Translations under genes and position numbers: made by a program
Source of the DNA: Amphiscolops sp. MND2022
Lineage: Eukaryota
Length of the DNA: 64,000 bases
Direction of reading: 5' to 3'
Assembly: GCA_964187785.1 (NCBI GenBank)
Contig: OZ076409.1
Location: 4,094,001 to 4,158,000, forward strand
Shown here: positions 24,863 to 39,149 of the stretch, one piece after another
How the letters are laid out: every line of letters begins with the position of its first letter
Position numbering within the stretch: the stretch's first letter is position 1
Notes under the pieces: model-generated
What the model was told of the DNA's origin: nothing
Database searches by the model: none
What the model saw: the letters and a program-made list of their open reading frames with translations, nothing else

Positions 24863-26104
24863 CTTTCTTCAATCCTGCTATCTTGAACGTCAGGTGGACT
24901 CCTGGTGTAATAGTTGACTGAGTGCATGTCCAACTCCGCTCACCTATAAGCACATACGTCTCAAGATCAACTTCGTGTTGGCAGAATACCTGGATTTTCT
25001 ACTTTTACGTTTCGGATCCCCTTTTTATAAAATTTCCTACAAAAAAATTTCAGAAACAGACTCTGAAAACAAGAAAAAGGCAACCAAGACTAACTACAAA
25101 AAACAACCACGCACTATTCCTTTTCCTTTCATATTGTCGACAAACAATACAAATAAATTCACAAAACTTAAATAATACAAGCAACTTCAAAACGTTTTCA
25201 ATAACCAACAAAAATAACAATATCAAATAAACTCAACCTTACCTCTAGTACTTCCAATAATAATAGTTTTAACATAATCCTACAAAACAATTATTTTAAC
25301 AAAATACCACATACAATTTTCACAACCCTTTTGCTTTAAAACTTAAAATAAGGCATGTAAATAACACAAACACAGTAAAGTTAGTTTTCTACTTTCAGGC
25401 ACCCACAATTCCTATCCCCTCCCGTAAGACTTAGACAATCAGACAGCCTCACCAGCTTACTCTGATTCTAAGACTGACTAAAAACCTTAGTTAAGTGTAA
25501 ACGTCTTTAAGGAGAATCGAGAGGACACCGAACTACGTTCGAATCTTCAAAATTCTCAGGAAGTAAAAGTAAAAATAAAAGAAACAAAGATCAAACTTTG
25601 ATCGTGATCAGTATTGATCAGACTTTGGATAGTGGACGTTGATTGTTCAGAGTTCCACTCCCTTAGTCTTAAAACACACAACCCACTTAAAATTAAAACA
25701 ACCTTAGTTTTTTCTGGACGTGTCAGTAACCTTATGTTAGACACCTTAAAGTGATCCAGACTTAAAATAACATTTAGTTTCTGTTAGCAATCCTTTGAGG
25801 TTGAATACAGATCCTACTGCACCCGCTTATTTCTTCTCTATCCTAAACTATTAACTTCTCAAATAACTTCAAATTACAATACAACTTATATGAACCCAAA
25901 CCAAGAAATTTATCCTTTCAACTTTTACATTCCACCAATTAGCTCACTTCAAAACCCTACACCAAACGATTTTGAAAGATTAATTGAACGATATCAACGA
26001 TATTTCTTCCTTATCATAAATCAACAAAGAAATTACCCAAGAGCTCGAACTTAGAAAATCTTTATACAAGACATTTCAACGTTATAACCTTCACATTATA
26101 ACAT

Positions 26105-29100
26105 GTGGGAAAAGGTTACCACAGTAGTACTCATTACAACATACACGTTTTGTGTCTTATTTATAGTTTGTGTTCTTCTCGAAAAAATACTTACGGTGAT
26201 AAGAGACAAACTTTAAAAATGACCACAACAACATTTTTACCTTTTCACACACCCATCATTAAAAATGCAAAAGTTGTAATATTAGAACTAAACCCATTTC
26301 TACAAAACATTATTTCACATTATACACAACCACTCCCATTTGAAAATGAACCACACACAATTGAAACAACCCCTCTTATTAGAGAACATTTGGACACATA
26401 CCTTTTCTATATTAGATATAAAGTTTTAACAATCACCGAAGAATACCCAACTTTTCAAATATCCTTTCCTCAACAAAGACTTAATTCATCTCATATATAC
26501 AGAAGAACAATAAACCCAATAAACCTTCAAGTTCCTATTAAACAAGTTTTTCATGCTTTTCTAAATAATGTAAAAGACCACAATTTAGCACACGAAATTC
26601 CAAAATATAGTCCAAATGCACTCGACGATCTTCAACGATACATAGACAATTTCGACGTAGAAATTATTGAAAGATTGGTTAATCCTGAAGACAACCCTCA
26701 TCATTGGTTACAAGCTGATATATTACGAATTCAAAATTTCATCTACCATTACTTCAAAGACCTAACATTAAATGACCAAACAATTCCTCAGATCAAAGTA
26801 ATATCTTTATTTCTCAGAAAATACTTCAGATTTAATTATCAACTATTATGGTCCCAACAAGATCAATCTGCTTTTACAGCATTTCCAGATCATTTTACAT
26901 TAGAAGAATGTTTACCATTCATCATCAGTGAACAAAATGAACATCCCTACTTTCATAAACCACAATTAATTACAAAACAAACCTTAGATTACATACGTTT
27001 CGATCCTCTATTAATTACAGAAAATGATCTATTCGCAGATAATAGACCTTACCACTATCAACAAAATTCTCAAGATCAACAAAATTTACATTTTAACACT
27101 AACAATTCTACTGAAGATGATAACACCGATCAGGAAAACACAACCCAACAACAAAATCAATCTGAAAACTATAACGATAATGAGTTTACTACCCAAGAAT
27201 CTACAATTTCAACACATAATCCATCACAAACAGGGACATCAACATCAGTACATACTCACTCCTTTAGAGTTCCCACTAGAGTTGTAAACCAAAGACAAAC
27301 TACACATAGTCCTCAATCTCACTTAGCTACATCTCCAAACCGTAATATAACTTTTAACCTTCCACATACAGATGACATACACGATGAAACCCATGATACA
27401 TTACAATATGATACTATGACTACATCTAGTGCTCAGAATATTTCTGTTAATGTTGCATCTCCAACAAGAACTACCTCTGATTCTACAAGATACATTACTC
27501 GACCTAGATATGATCCTCCATCAATTCCCTCCGCCTTTCGCTCAAACAGATCGACCACTTCTAGCAACAATTTTAATGATAATCCTCAAACTTCCAACCG
27601 ATATTACGATCCATTTAATTATAACTTTTATCCCCCATCAAATACAACTAACAATACAAATACCAACCAACACCACTCTCAAATTAATACAATTTCAACA
27701 ACACAGAACCCCTTCATACAATCATCAAATACCAATACGTCCCAGAATATATATTCTCAAAACCAAGGAACCTCGTGTACTTCCACTTCTTATTCTAATA
27801 TTACACAGGATTCTCAAAGAAGACTTCATAATCCTCCACTTACACATATCCCAACTGATCCTCTGTATCAAACGCATCCAAATCCAAATCTTAACCCTAA
27901 TCCTAACCCATTACCACCAAATACAATCCAACATATACCTCCACCACTCACACAACAATTAGCTTCTCCACCCCAATATCTACCAGTGCCACAAGATACC
28001 TTTATAAACATGTCCGCTTCAATACCAGAACCTATGAAACCTTTTGATGGTTTGGACCATTCTTACACCCCCGAAGAATATCTACAACAAGTCGAAGCAA
28101 GATTAACCTTCGCCATAGGTGAAGAACCTCAAAATAATCCTATGAAATACAAATCTTGGCATAATAGACGCATGGCTTACATACAATGTTCATTAACAGG
28201 AACAGCTCTCGATTGGTACACTAACCTCCATATATCATATAAACAACAATGGAATTCCTTTGTACAACTATTCAAAAAACAATTCTCATCTCAAAAAACT
28301 GCTTACTACGCTCAAGTAGAAGCTATGTCACTCATGAAAAAGGATAATGAAACAGTTCGCCACTTCGCCCTTAGAGTACAACAATTAGTTAGAAAGGGAT
28401 GGTGTAATGAAAATGCAGCTACCATAAATCTCAAAAATAATGAAATCTTTACAAAAGGGTTACCAAAGAAGTTAAAAGATTTTGCCCATAAACGACAAGT
28501 TAAACATGTATCAACATTACTTGAACCTTCAATACCATTTCATACACTTGTTAGACATGTCGATTCTGAAGATATTGCTAATGAAAAAATCAGAACTAAC
28601 GACTTAGCCCTAGAAATAAACAAAGTATCGCTTGAAGAGGATACTAACAAAAAAGAATTTGAATATGAAGATCAGATAATGGTTACTCAAACTGGAGACC
28701 CAAATAACAAAAGCAAACCAGCGTATAGAAAATAATGTTCCTATTGTCACAAAAATAATCATAGTATTTCAAATTGTTATCAAAAACAACGTGATGACGA
28801 ATACCAGAAATACAATAACCAAAGATCACGAACTCCTCAACAATCCTTTGTACAATATTTTCGCAGTAAACCTAATAATCCTCAGGAAAATCGAAATGAC
28901 AATACAAACTCTTACTCCTCAGATAATGATCGTAATAAATATAATCAAAACTACTATAATGATAGATACAGAAACAATGATAGATATCGTAGCAATAGTA
29001 GAAAATATTCGCAAAACAACTATAGATCAAACTCTCGACAAAGATATTATAATCGATCCCGAAGTCCATATAGATCTCGATTTGATAATTATTATCAAAG

Positions 29101-32100
29101 AAGAACTCCATCTAGATCTCCATATAGACCTCCATACAGAAATAACTCAAATTACAGATATAATTCTCGCTCAAGATACAGATCTCGTTCTCAATCACAA
29201 GGAAACTCATTTAAACGATATAATTATCGATATAGCTCTCCATCAAGACCTAGAGATTTTAGAACAAGATCTAGAACACCCTCAAGAAACAGACAACAAA
29301 ACAGAATAAATCAAGTAGACGTTAAATCTGCAAAAGAAAATGATAGTACAAAATTTGAAATCCACACCTGTCAAATGACTGAAATAGCTAATACAATCAC
29401 CCCTTATAGTTGGTTTCATCCACTATATATTCACGCTTCTGAAACAAATGATAACATATTATCTTCAAAATTAGAAATCTTATTCCTCTTAGATACTGGA
29501 GCTTCCATATCTGTTTTGAATTTACCAACATTTCATGTAATTTCCAAACAATTAAACATCAATGTTCCAACTAACCTCCAAAACAAAAGAGCCAAAACTC
29601 TTACAGTTGCAAACCAAACTGAAGTACCAATAATACATTATATTTCGATGACCTGTTTCACTGAAGTAAATCACAAAACACGATCCTTCAATATTGATTT
29701 TGCCGTAGCAAATATCAAATACAACATTCTTGGAACACCCTTTTTCAAAAAGCACATCCAAAATATTGATTTTCAACAAAACATTATGACGTACACAGAA
29801 CAACATCCAAAGCTTTCAACAAAAACTACATTTTCCACATTTACAGAAAAAGATTACCCATATATTTCTTACATTTATACTATTAAATGTAAGGAACCAA
29901 TTCACTTTAAACCAAGGTCAGGAAAAACCATACATTTTCCAATTAAAAACTATTCAAATCTACATTTTGAACTCGAAGATAATACGAAGTTCTACCCAAC
30001 AAACCCATATACATATTTCTTACAAAAATTCAAAAATATCTTTCATTTCTTAGATATGATAGTCAATGAAAAAAGCAAAGACTCATGTGCAACCATAATT
30101 CAAAACTTTACATCTTACCCAGCTACATTACCACGAGGAATTATTGGATATATAGAAATACCTATTACTCAAACAACTCCTCCTCACTACAGAGTTAACG
30201 ATGTAAATTCACTTATTCACTCTGTAATACATGCATATCACCCTGATACCACAACCCCGATTAAACAAAATCCATATACAGATATGAACTTATGTACTAG
30301 GGTAATACCACAATCCCTATTAGAAATAAACAAGATAGAAATTAACGACAAAACACTTCAACTTCCTATACCTTCTGTTACTGGAAACCTTCGACCTTCA
30401 GATAAAATTCGAAAAGATTTCCCTCCATTACCCTATTCTACAGAAAACCAACAATTCATAAAGAAGTTCAATTTCGAATACTCAGATTTAACCGATACAG
30501 AATATGTAAATCTCTGCAATATTCTAATTAATAACCAAAATTGTTACGTCAAACATAAAAATGACGTAGGAAAGATTTCTACTCCCTTTCGAATTAGAAT
30601 TAAAGATAATTGTAAACTTCACACACAAAGACCTTCTAAAGTACCTATCCACTATAGAGATAGACTAAATAAACTTTTACTAGAACTCGAAAAATACAAC
30701 ATCATAAAACAAATTGGTTCAACAACAGATGAAAAACATACTATTGGAACAACATTTTTAAACCCTTTAATTATTATCCCAAAAGGAGACGCAATAAAAG
30801 TTGTTTTAGACGCAAGACATTTAAACTCAAACACTAACCAAGAACTTGAATCTTGGCCTATTGAACCTTTAGCTCCTCAATTAGCTAGAGCTAATAAAAA
30901 ATACAAATCAACTATTGATCTAATGTATGCATATGCTCATACACCATTAGATGAAGAAACAATTAAACTTACAGGATTTTCATCCGGTGACAAATTATAC
31001 GCCTTTATCCGTGGATTTTACGGATTAAAAGGACTTCCAAACTTTTTCACAAAACAAATGTCAACTTTCTTTAGATCACTTATAGACAAACGTTCTGCGT
31101 TAGTTTATATAGATGATATTTTATTACTCGCAAATGAAAAACAAGAAATGTTTGAACTTATAAAAGAATTACATACAATAGCATCTCGAGAATATCTCAA
31201 ACTTGCACCTGAAAAATCGTTCTACATGTTACTCAAAGTAAAATTCCTTGGACATGAAATTGGTAACAACACAATTAAACCAATTCCATCCAAAATTGAA
31301 GCTATTAAAAGAATACCATCACCAAAAGAAAAGAAAGATGTTATGCAATTTTTTGGCAGTGTTAACTTTTATTCAAAATTCATTGAAAAACTTCATATAA
31401 ACCTTAAACCATTGTATACATTACTACATGATGATGTTAAATTTCAATGGACACCTGAATTAGAAAAAATATTTCAAAATGTTAAAAACGTAATGACAGC
31501 AGACACTGAATTAACAATACCCAACACCACGCATCCATTTTTCATAACAGTAGATGCTTCGTTAGTAGGTTTAGGCGCAGTCTTATTCCAAATGAACGAA
31601 GAAAATAAGATGAAATTAATCTCTTATAACTCCAGAATTCTCAATACACAAGAACAAAAACTTTCAACTTTAGACAGAGAACTTCTTGCAATAGTTTACG
31701 CATTGCAAATATATAAATTTTTGATCATTGGATCCCCCCATTCTATATATCTCTTCACAGATCACAAGCCTTTACTACATTGTTTCGCAAAGAAAAGAAA
31801 TCTTAGTCCTAGATTCTATAGAGCACAAATGCAACTAACCAAATTCTCCAAATTAAAAATCATTCATACCCCTGGAAAAAATTTAACTGTAGCAGATATG
31901 CTTTCAAGAACCTTTACAAAAGAACAGCTACAAGTACACCAATTACGACACAAACAATTACCACCTCAAATAGATTTCTCTATCATGAAAGATAATCAAC
32001 TCAAACCAGTACATTATTTAGTAAAACATGAAGAAATAAAATATAATCAAAAGAATGATTGTCATCCTATCCTTGCTGACTACGGAGACGACCAATTCTC

Positions 32101-34516
32101 CATCCGTATAAATAACAAAGGAGAAGATATACATATAAAGCCTTTAGATTCCTTCTCTTTTCAATCTATTGTTCCATTCGAATCAAAATATAAAAAGCCT
32201 ACAAAAAACCAAGCAAAATCTCTTTTACAACAATCGACAATTCTTAATGATACTGACATTCTTAGTGATGGAGATGAAATAACATCATCAAATAATATCC
32301 AACAACAAAACTCGAACATAGTAAAAGAACACACCCTTGCTATACAATATCCTACCAAATCTGACTATTGTAAACAACAAGTTCTATTTTTTGATCCATC
32401 CTTTTTCAAATACATAAAATAATTTAATTACTTCTTCCTACCAGAAGATACACAAATAACCATTGAAACAATAAAAGCTCAACAAAATCAAGATACTGTT
32501 TTACAAAAGGTTTACCAATGGATACTTAATAATGAAAAACCCTTACAAATAGACCCAACAATTGCAGCTAACTCTTTCTTATTAGTATATTACAAACTCT
32601 TCAACCAATTATATATTAATCATGATACAAAAATTATCCATCTTGATCCATTTTTTGATCCATCCTTTTTCAAATACATAAAATATTTTAATTACTTCTT
32701 CCTACCAGAAGATACACAAATAACCATTGAAACAATAAAAGCTCAACAAAATCAAGATACTGTTTTACAAAAGGTTTACCAATGGATACTTAATAATGAA
32801 AAACCCTTACAAATAGACCCAACAACTGCAGCTAACTCTTTCTGATTAGTATATTACAAACTCTTCAACCAATTATATATTAATCATGATACAAAAATTA
32901 TCCACATAGATTATCCTAATCTTCACGATTCCAACCCGAATCAAAGAGACAAAATATGTCTACCATTTAAACTTTTCCACACAGCTTTTAACAAACTTCA
33001 TGCTCATGGACATTCAGGAATAAAAATATCCATCAAAGCTTTCAACCAATTTTACTTCATACCGTACCTGAATAAATGGATGTCAATATTCATCCATGAT
33101 TGCATTGAATGCCAACAAAATAAACATATTAACCAAAAATTACAAACGGCATCTATACAAACCTTCTCACAAAATGCTTCATATTTTAATTACCGAATAT
33201 CAATGGATACAAAAGGACCTATAAACCCACCATCAAATCAAAATTCATACATTCACGTTATAGTAGACGCTTTTAGTCACTTTGTAGTAACAGTACCCAT
33301 AAAACAAAATAATGCTCAAAACGCTGTTAACTCATTACTACATCATTGGATAACAAAATTTGGACCTCCTGTATACCTAGTTACCGACCGTGGAACAGAA
33401 TATATTAATTCAGAATTTGCAAATCTTTGTACCACAATGGGAATTAGACATTCACCAAGAACTCCTTATGCACCATGGACAAATGGTTTAGTTGAAAATC
33501 AAAACAGAAATCTTGGAACTCATCTCAGACTTTTCTTACATAACACTCCAGAAAATTGGTCAACTCAAGTCCATATGTATGCTTATGCACATAATTCACA
33601 ACCACTTTCTGAATTAAACGTATCTCCATATGAAATAGTATTCCATACTATACCCAGAATTCCAATCAACTTTGAACTCAATCTCCAAAGAGATACATAT
33701 AGAAATTGTACCTCTCAATATTGTCAAGAATTACCACTTCATACACACTATGAAAAATCAAATCTAAACCCTTTCTTTCATAAAATTTTATCTAAACCAA
33801 TTCCACAATGGATCTTAGCTACTGAAACTGCTATGATACAGATATACCATACGGTATATGAAAACACAAAAAGAAAGATTAATTCCTATGCTTATTTTAA
33901 CAAAACATATCACAATCCAAGACCCTTAGATATTGGTACATTTGTACTAAAAAGAAATTTTCTCCATGTTCATTTTTCCGATAAATTAAAACCTCTCAGA
34001 ATTGGCCAATTCAAAATTATTAACAAACTCTCCGACATAACATATGAAATTGTTAATCAAGATGGTTATACATCGCACATACATAGAAATCATTTAATTC
34101 CTTATCATCCAAAAGAACCAGTTATTTTCCCTTTCATACAACAATATAACCCTCATTTATTTAATGACTGTCATTCAAATACAAACGATCAAATAATTAA
34201 CTCTGATGAAGACAAATTTACAGACGAAGAACAATTTCCTTCCACAACATCTAATAAAGAAACGGATATACCATCCACGATTGACTTACAACCAGAACCA
34301 TTTAACCAATATTCTTCATTTCCATATAAACAAAAAGAACAAATTCCTCAAAATACCTCCCTGGATAACCAATCAGATTTTCATGACTATGGTAATTTTA
34401 TTAATCCCCGAAGACACTCCTATAATAGATACGATTTCCGCCCACAACCAAGAAAAGACTACCGACTCTTCCTTGGTGAAAAGGATATAATTTCACTTTC
34501 TCAAAAATCCTGCTGA
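26105..34516 (+). pseudogene. gag-pol: Single-frame gag-pol polyprotein of element 2 interrupted by two in-frame TAA codons
   Basis: ORFs 26105, 29375 and 33080 share one frame. Capsid-like PFDG..PEEYL..LTGTALDWY..ETVRHF; knuckle CSYCHKNNHSISNC; LLDTGAS; VLDARHLN, YIDDILL; TVDAS..DRELLAI..TDHKPL; HAHGH..CIEC, SMDTKGP, TDRGTEY, NGLVEN. Stops at 28733 and 32420. Confidence 0.93.
32386..32904 (+). repeat. In-frame 264-bp tandem duplication between RNase H and integrase
   Basis: ATTTTTTGATCCATCC...AAATTATCCA at 32386-32640 and 32650-32904; copy 1 has TAA where copy 2 has TAT. Confidence 0.93.
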
Positions 34517-34699
34517 AATACGGAATACAGAAAGAAATACACACAAAGAAAGTTTGAAAGAAAGAAAAAGTTTGAAGCTTAATGCGAAAATAAATGAAAT
34601 TTATTTCACGAATGAGAATAAAAGAAAGAAATCTTAAGTGATATAAAACTATAACTATTTTACAAGCTGAAACTATTTATCATAACACAACGATTTCAA

Positions 34700-36155
34700 A
34701 ATTGATAGACATATTCACTCACCATCATCAACTACAAATAATTCTTCTTCTAGTTCAACACATTCACTCCAAAGATTACCTGAATATACAGCATATTTAA
34801 ACTCAGATACAGACATACTGGATTCCTCATCCTCAAATCCCAGTCCATCCGCTCCATATACTCCTGATAGAGTACCAACAACACCTACTAATACACCTAT
34901 AACCCAAACTCAACCACTAATATTAACAACTCAATCACAACCTATTTCACGAAATCTAACACTTTAGAAACAAATTCACCACTTTCTGACCCTAATGATG
35001 AAACACCTACAATACCAAATACACAAGATACTTCAGATATTTTGAATAGACCTCCTCTTCCACCGATTACTACCACTCGTTCTATTCATATCCCTGATCC
35101 TAGCTCAGTCCTACAATACATAAATTCTTGTCCACACAAAGTACCAACTGCAACGAAAACAAAAAGAAAAACTCCTTTACCTACATTACCACAAAATCTT
35201 GATTTACCATCATCAAGTAATATTCCAATAACATTTTCACCAGAACCTTCATTAAAATCACCAACGAAAAAATCACAACAATACCCAACTCCTTCACCAT
35301 CTGAACTAAGTTCCTTCACATTTTCTCAAATATATCCCAAGCTTGAATTACAACGTGTACATTCAACAACTACCTCTTCATTAACAGATTTATATCATAA
35401 AGATAAAGACTCTGACTCAACTGCTAGTACTAGAGTACCAAGACATAATTATAACCTTCGATCTCAACAACAAAGAGATTCTCAAGAATTACAATCCTTA
35501 ACTAGTTCAAGTACAAACTCAAGACTACTTCGACAACACGCCCAACCCAGATTGGACACTTCTTCTCTTTCCTCATCTCAGCCCACTATACCATCTTCTC
35601 TATCACTACCATTTCAAATCACATCAGGATTTGAAACAGCCTCTCTTCTTTCTGAAGAGCCAGCAACTATATCAGATAGCGCAGCTAATTTTTCACGAGT
35701 TTACTCACCTAGTTCAATAGCATCAAACTCTTCTATACAATTACCTGAATAATTTTTAGAAGAATTCTCAAAACCTCCATCGCCAAATCCTCACGAATAT
35801 CCTATTCGTGTTAACTCAAAAATTGTTCGCACGCTTAACGAAGATCCTCGATACACGGTATTACCTGCAAGATTTATAAACAATAGTTCACTCTCAACTC
35901 AAAGAAAACAAAGAGAACTACGAAGATTACAAGAACAACAACTCACATTAAAATTTGAAGTAGAAGTCACATTCAACTCGTTAGGACCTCATCCATTCTC
36001 ACTTTCAATAAGAGTAGCACATAAACCAACCCCATCACCATTCATTGTTACCTCCATTTCCTACCTTTGTGACGCAGATTTACCTGAGATTAGAACAGGA
36101 CATATAAACTTTTTTAATCCCTACTCAGGACTCAATTATAGATCAATATTTTAAC
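34700..36155 (+). pseudogene. Accessory ORF2: Ser/Thr/Pro-rich disordered protein with a C-terminal globular domain, disrupted
   Basis: ORF 35042-35752 continues in frame past one TAA to 36155 (PHEYPIRVNSK...NFFNPYSGLNYRSIF); similar S/T/P-rich coding lies upstream in another frame. The start is uncertain. Confidence 0.65.
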
Positions 36156-36156
36156 C

Positions 36157-38733
36157 ATGAACCAAATCACCTTTACCTTTTATTTAATATATATAATACA
36201 AGTTGTTAAATACACGTATATAATAAATATAGTTCACTCTTTAGTTCACCCTTCAACTGTTCCCAAAGTTGACACCACCAATTCCGAAAATCATATTTCA
36301 GACCAAGACCCTAACATTTTAAACTTAATGGTATCTCATTATAATTGTGCAAAACAAAATAACTTAAGACAATTCAGTTTATTAAATGTAGAACCATGTA
36401 AACAAGCACCCTCAGATATACAACACACAAAAACCCAAGCAACAGTTTATGTTAGAGCAAAAGCCAAAAGAATAAAAGCCTTTAAATGTGAAGCATATAT
36501 AAAGACTGAGAAAGTCTGGTGTTCACAAACATTCACATCTAGTAGACGATATGATCGTTTACAATGGGGACAAAACACATTAGAACTTCCAAAAATATTG
36601 GACCCTATTGAATGCAAAAATATGATCAGATATTTAAACGCGACTGATAGCGAAGAATTAAACAACTACAATATACAAAGCTCTTTCTCATTGTTCGACG
36701 ATAGTAATTATCAAAACACAATTGAACGAATTCAGACACCATTTAGAGTAAAAAAATTAAATACATGGCATATTGGAACCTTCGTATTTGACGAAAATTA
36801 TCCTGATTGGATAGTTAATGTTACACAAAATACATACTCTAGATGTCGATCAGACCGCGAACATTTAATTACCCGACAAAGTTGGAAACTTAGAATTGTT
36901 AACACCGCAATAGATTATGACGATAAAAACAATCAATTAATACATGACGGACACATATTACAATGTTATCATTCAGACGGATTTTGTAAACCAACGACCA
37001 AAACTCCATATACATTAACATGGTTTGATGAAAAATTTTGCCTCATATTTCAACTTCCAGAATTCATTGGTAGACTGACACGAATCAAAGATAGATATTG
37101 GATAGAAACCGATACCTTTATTGAAACTTCAAACATCACACAAAAACTTCAAACCGAAGGAATACAAGGAACAAAATACCCTAATATAAAAACACCACAA
37201 TCAAAAGTAAGCAATCCAAGCCTTTCTCGATTTGAAATATACCCAATTGCCCAAACCTTCTGTGGAAAACCTGAACCATTATTTTCAACACAATATGATG
37301 ACATCTTTGTTACATACTTAGATGGTTTTGATATGAACACAGGATTACCAAAACCACACTCAATAATTGACCAAACAATCAGTGGAAATATAAAATATGA
37401 TGATTCAAACAAAAGGTATATATTCCCTGCATTGAATATATCAAACAATTTTGCCACTTTAGACTATGATGCCCACATTAATACAAAGATTGATTTCACA
37501 ATAAATCATGTATTTAAAACCATGACAGTACAAGAACTAAACACTCTTCATACAATATGTGAACTAGAAAGAACTCAACTGTTAACAATCCTAGCAATGT
37601 CAGTTAAAAATCCTCAATTAGCCGGTTTTCTTTTAACTGGAAATCGTAGTAACTTTCTCTACGTTGAAGGATCTACAGCATGGCTGTATGATTGCCCTCA
37701 TTTTATATCACCACTATACAAGGCAGATAAATGCTTTGATAGAATTCCTATACACTACAGAGAAACGATAATGTATGTTGACCCAATAACAAGACAAACT
37801 TTTAACTACGCAACACCAATTGAATGTGGAAATAACCCACAAAATATAATAGAATTAGATCCAGATTCCAACGACGGAGATTTTTATGTGTTAACACCAG
37901 AACCACTCAAACGAGAAGCACCACAAATGTTTAAACCTACCCAAATTAAAACAACAATCACTCCTAATACATTTACCGCCCAAGATGCCGGTATATACTC
38001 AAATGCAGAATTAGATCAATTCTGGAATAGAGTATTTTTCGCTAAACATTAAGACACAACTCTTCAATTACTTGGAAAATCATTAAGCTATGATTTCATT
38101 TCAATGCATAATGAAAAACACTCATACTCAGGACATAATCCCTATAATCATTTAAGGAGTGGAGTACATGACAACTTGTTAAACCTTTTACCACTTTTTA
38201 ACCCTGACTGGTTCAGTCAAGCATTCATTAATTTCTCTGGATACCCATGTTATGTTTTAACCCAATGTGGAATTTATTTTTCAACATTCCTTTTCATTAG
38301 AGAAGTTTTAACATTTTTACTAAAATTCTACAGAACAATTAGCATAAAATATAATCTCCAAAGCAACATTTCCATTTTGAGTTCAATAGCCCAAGGATTT
38401 TTTAATATAGTTACATTGGAAATGGTAGCCGATTTAAATAATACAGGAAAACGAAAACGGATATATACTAAACACAAAATTACAACAAGTGAAAATGATA
38501 ATATCCTATTGCCGGAAAAAGAATTAAACAATAAACGAAGACACTCTGATACTGACTCCCCTTATTTACCTCCTAAATATTCCAGTAAGAATTCAACATT
38601 TCAATCACCGCAAAAGACACACCCAACTAATGTAAACGATATTAATTCTCAGGACTATGACCCAATAATGTCAAATGTAATAGCGGTACCGGAAAGTCCT
38701 GCTGAAGTTTTTATAAAATTTAATCCCTCCTAA
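36157..38733 (+). pseudogene. env: Envelope glycoprotein, chuvirus-G / herpes gB-like class III fusogen, one in-frame stop
   Basis: Hydrophobic N-terminus, Cys-rich ectodomain, ICELERTQLLTILAM..NPQLAG...WLYDC..CFDRIPIHY..YVDPITRQ..PIEC, C-terminal transmembrane stretch and tail. TAA at 38050 where the paralog has Ser (KHSD). Confidence 0.82.
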
Positions 38734-39149
38734 CTGAAAAGCAATAATTTAAAAAACAAATTAACCTCAGAAAAAGTTCACAAAATTATCAACTAAATTC
38801 TTCTCAGTTTCAACTTTCATTCACACCCAAATTCTCACTCGGACCGGTCTCTCCTTTTCAACTCAACTCAACTCTCAACCAGAAGACTTCAACTGGATTT
38901 TCAGTCCATCTAAACGACCGAAATCACAGAAGTTTCTATTCCTGGAATAGATGCCACTGTGATTGTTGATGTTTTCAACTCATCATTGACTCAGTATTCC
39001 CATATTGTAAGTACAATTTAAACTTTAATTCTAACAAACAATTTAATGGATAGGAAAGACATAACAAAACTTTTCCTTAGTATTAGAAATAATGTAATCA
39101 AATGTTATAATCATTATTTTAGCTCTACAAAAACACGCAAGTTTAAATA

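Noticed and set aside
28791..29309. 172-aa Ile/Asp/Thr-rich ORF
   Set aside because: Alternative-frame shadow of the RS-rich Gag region.
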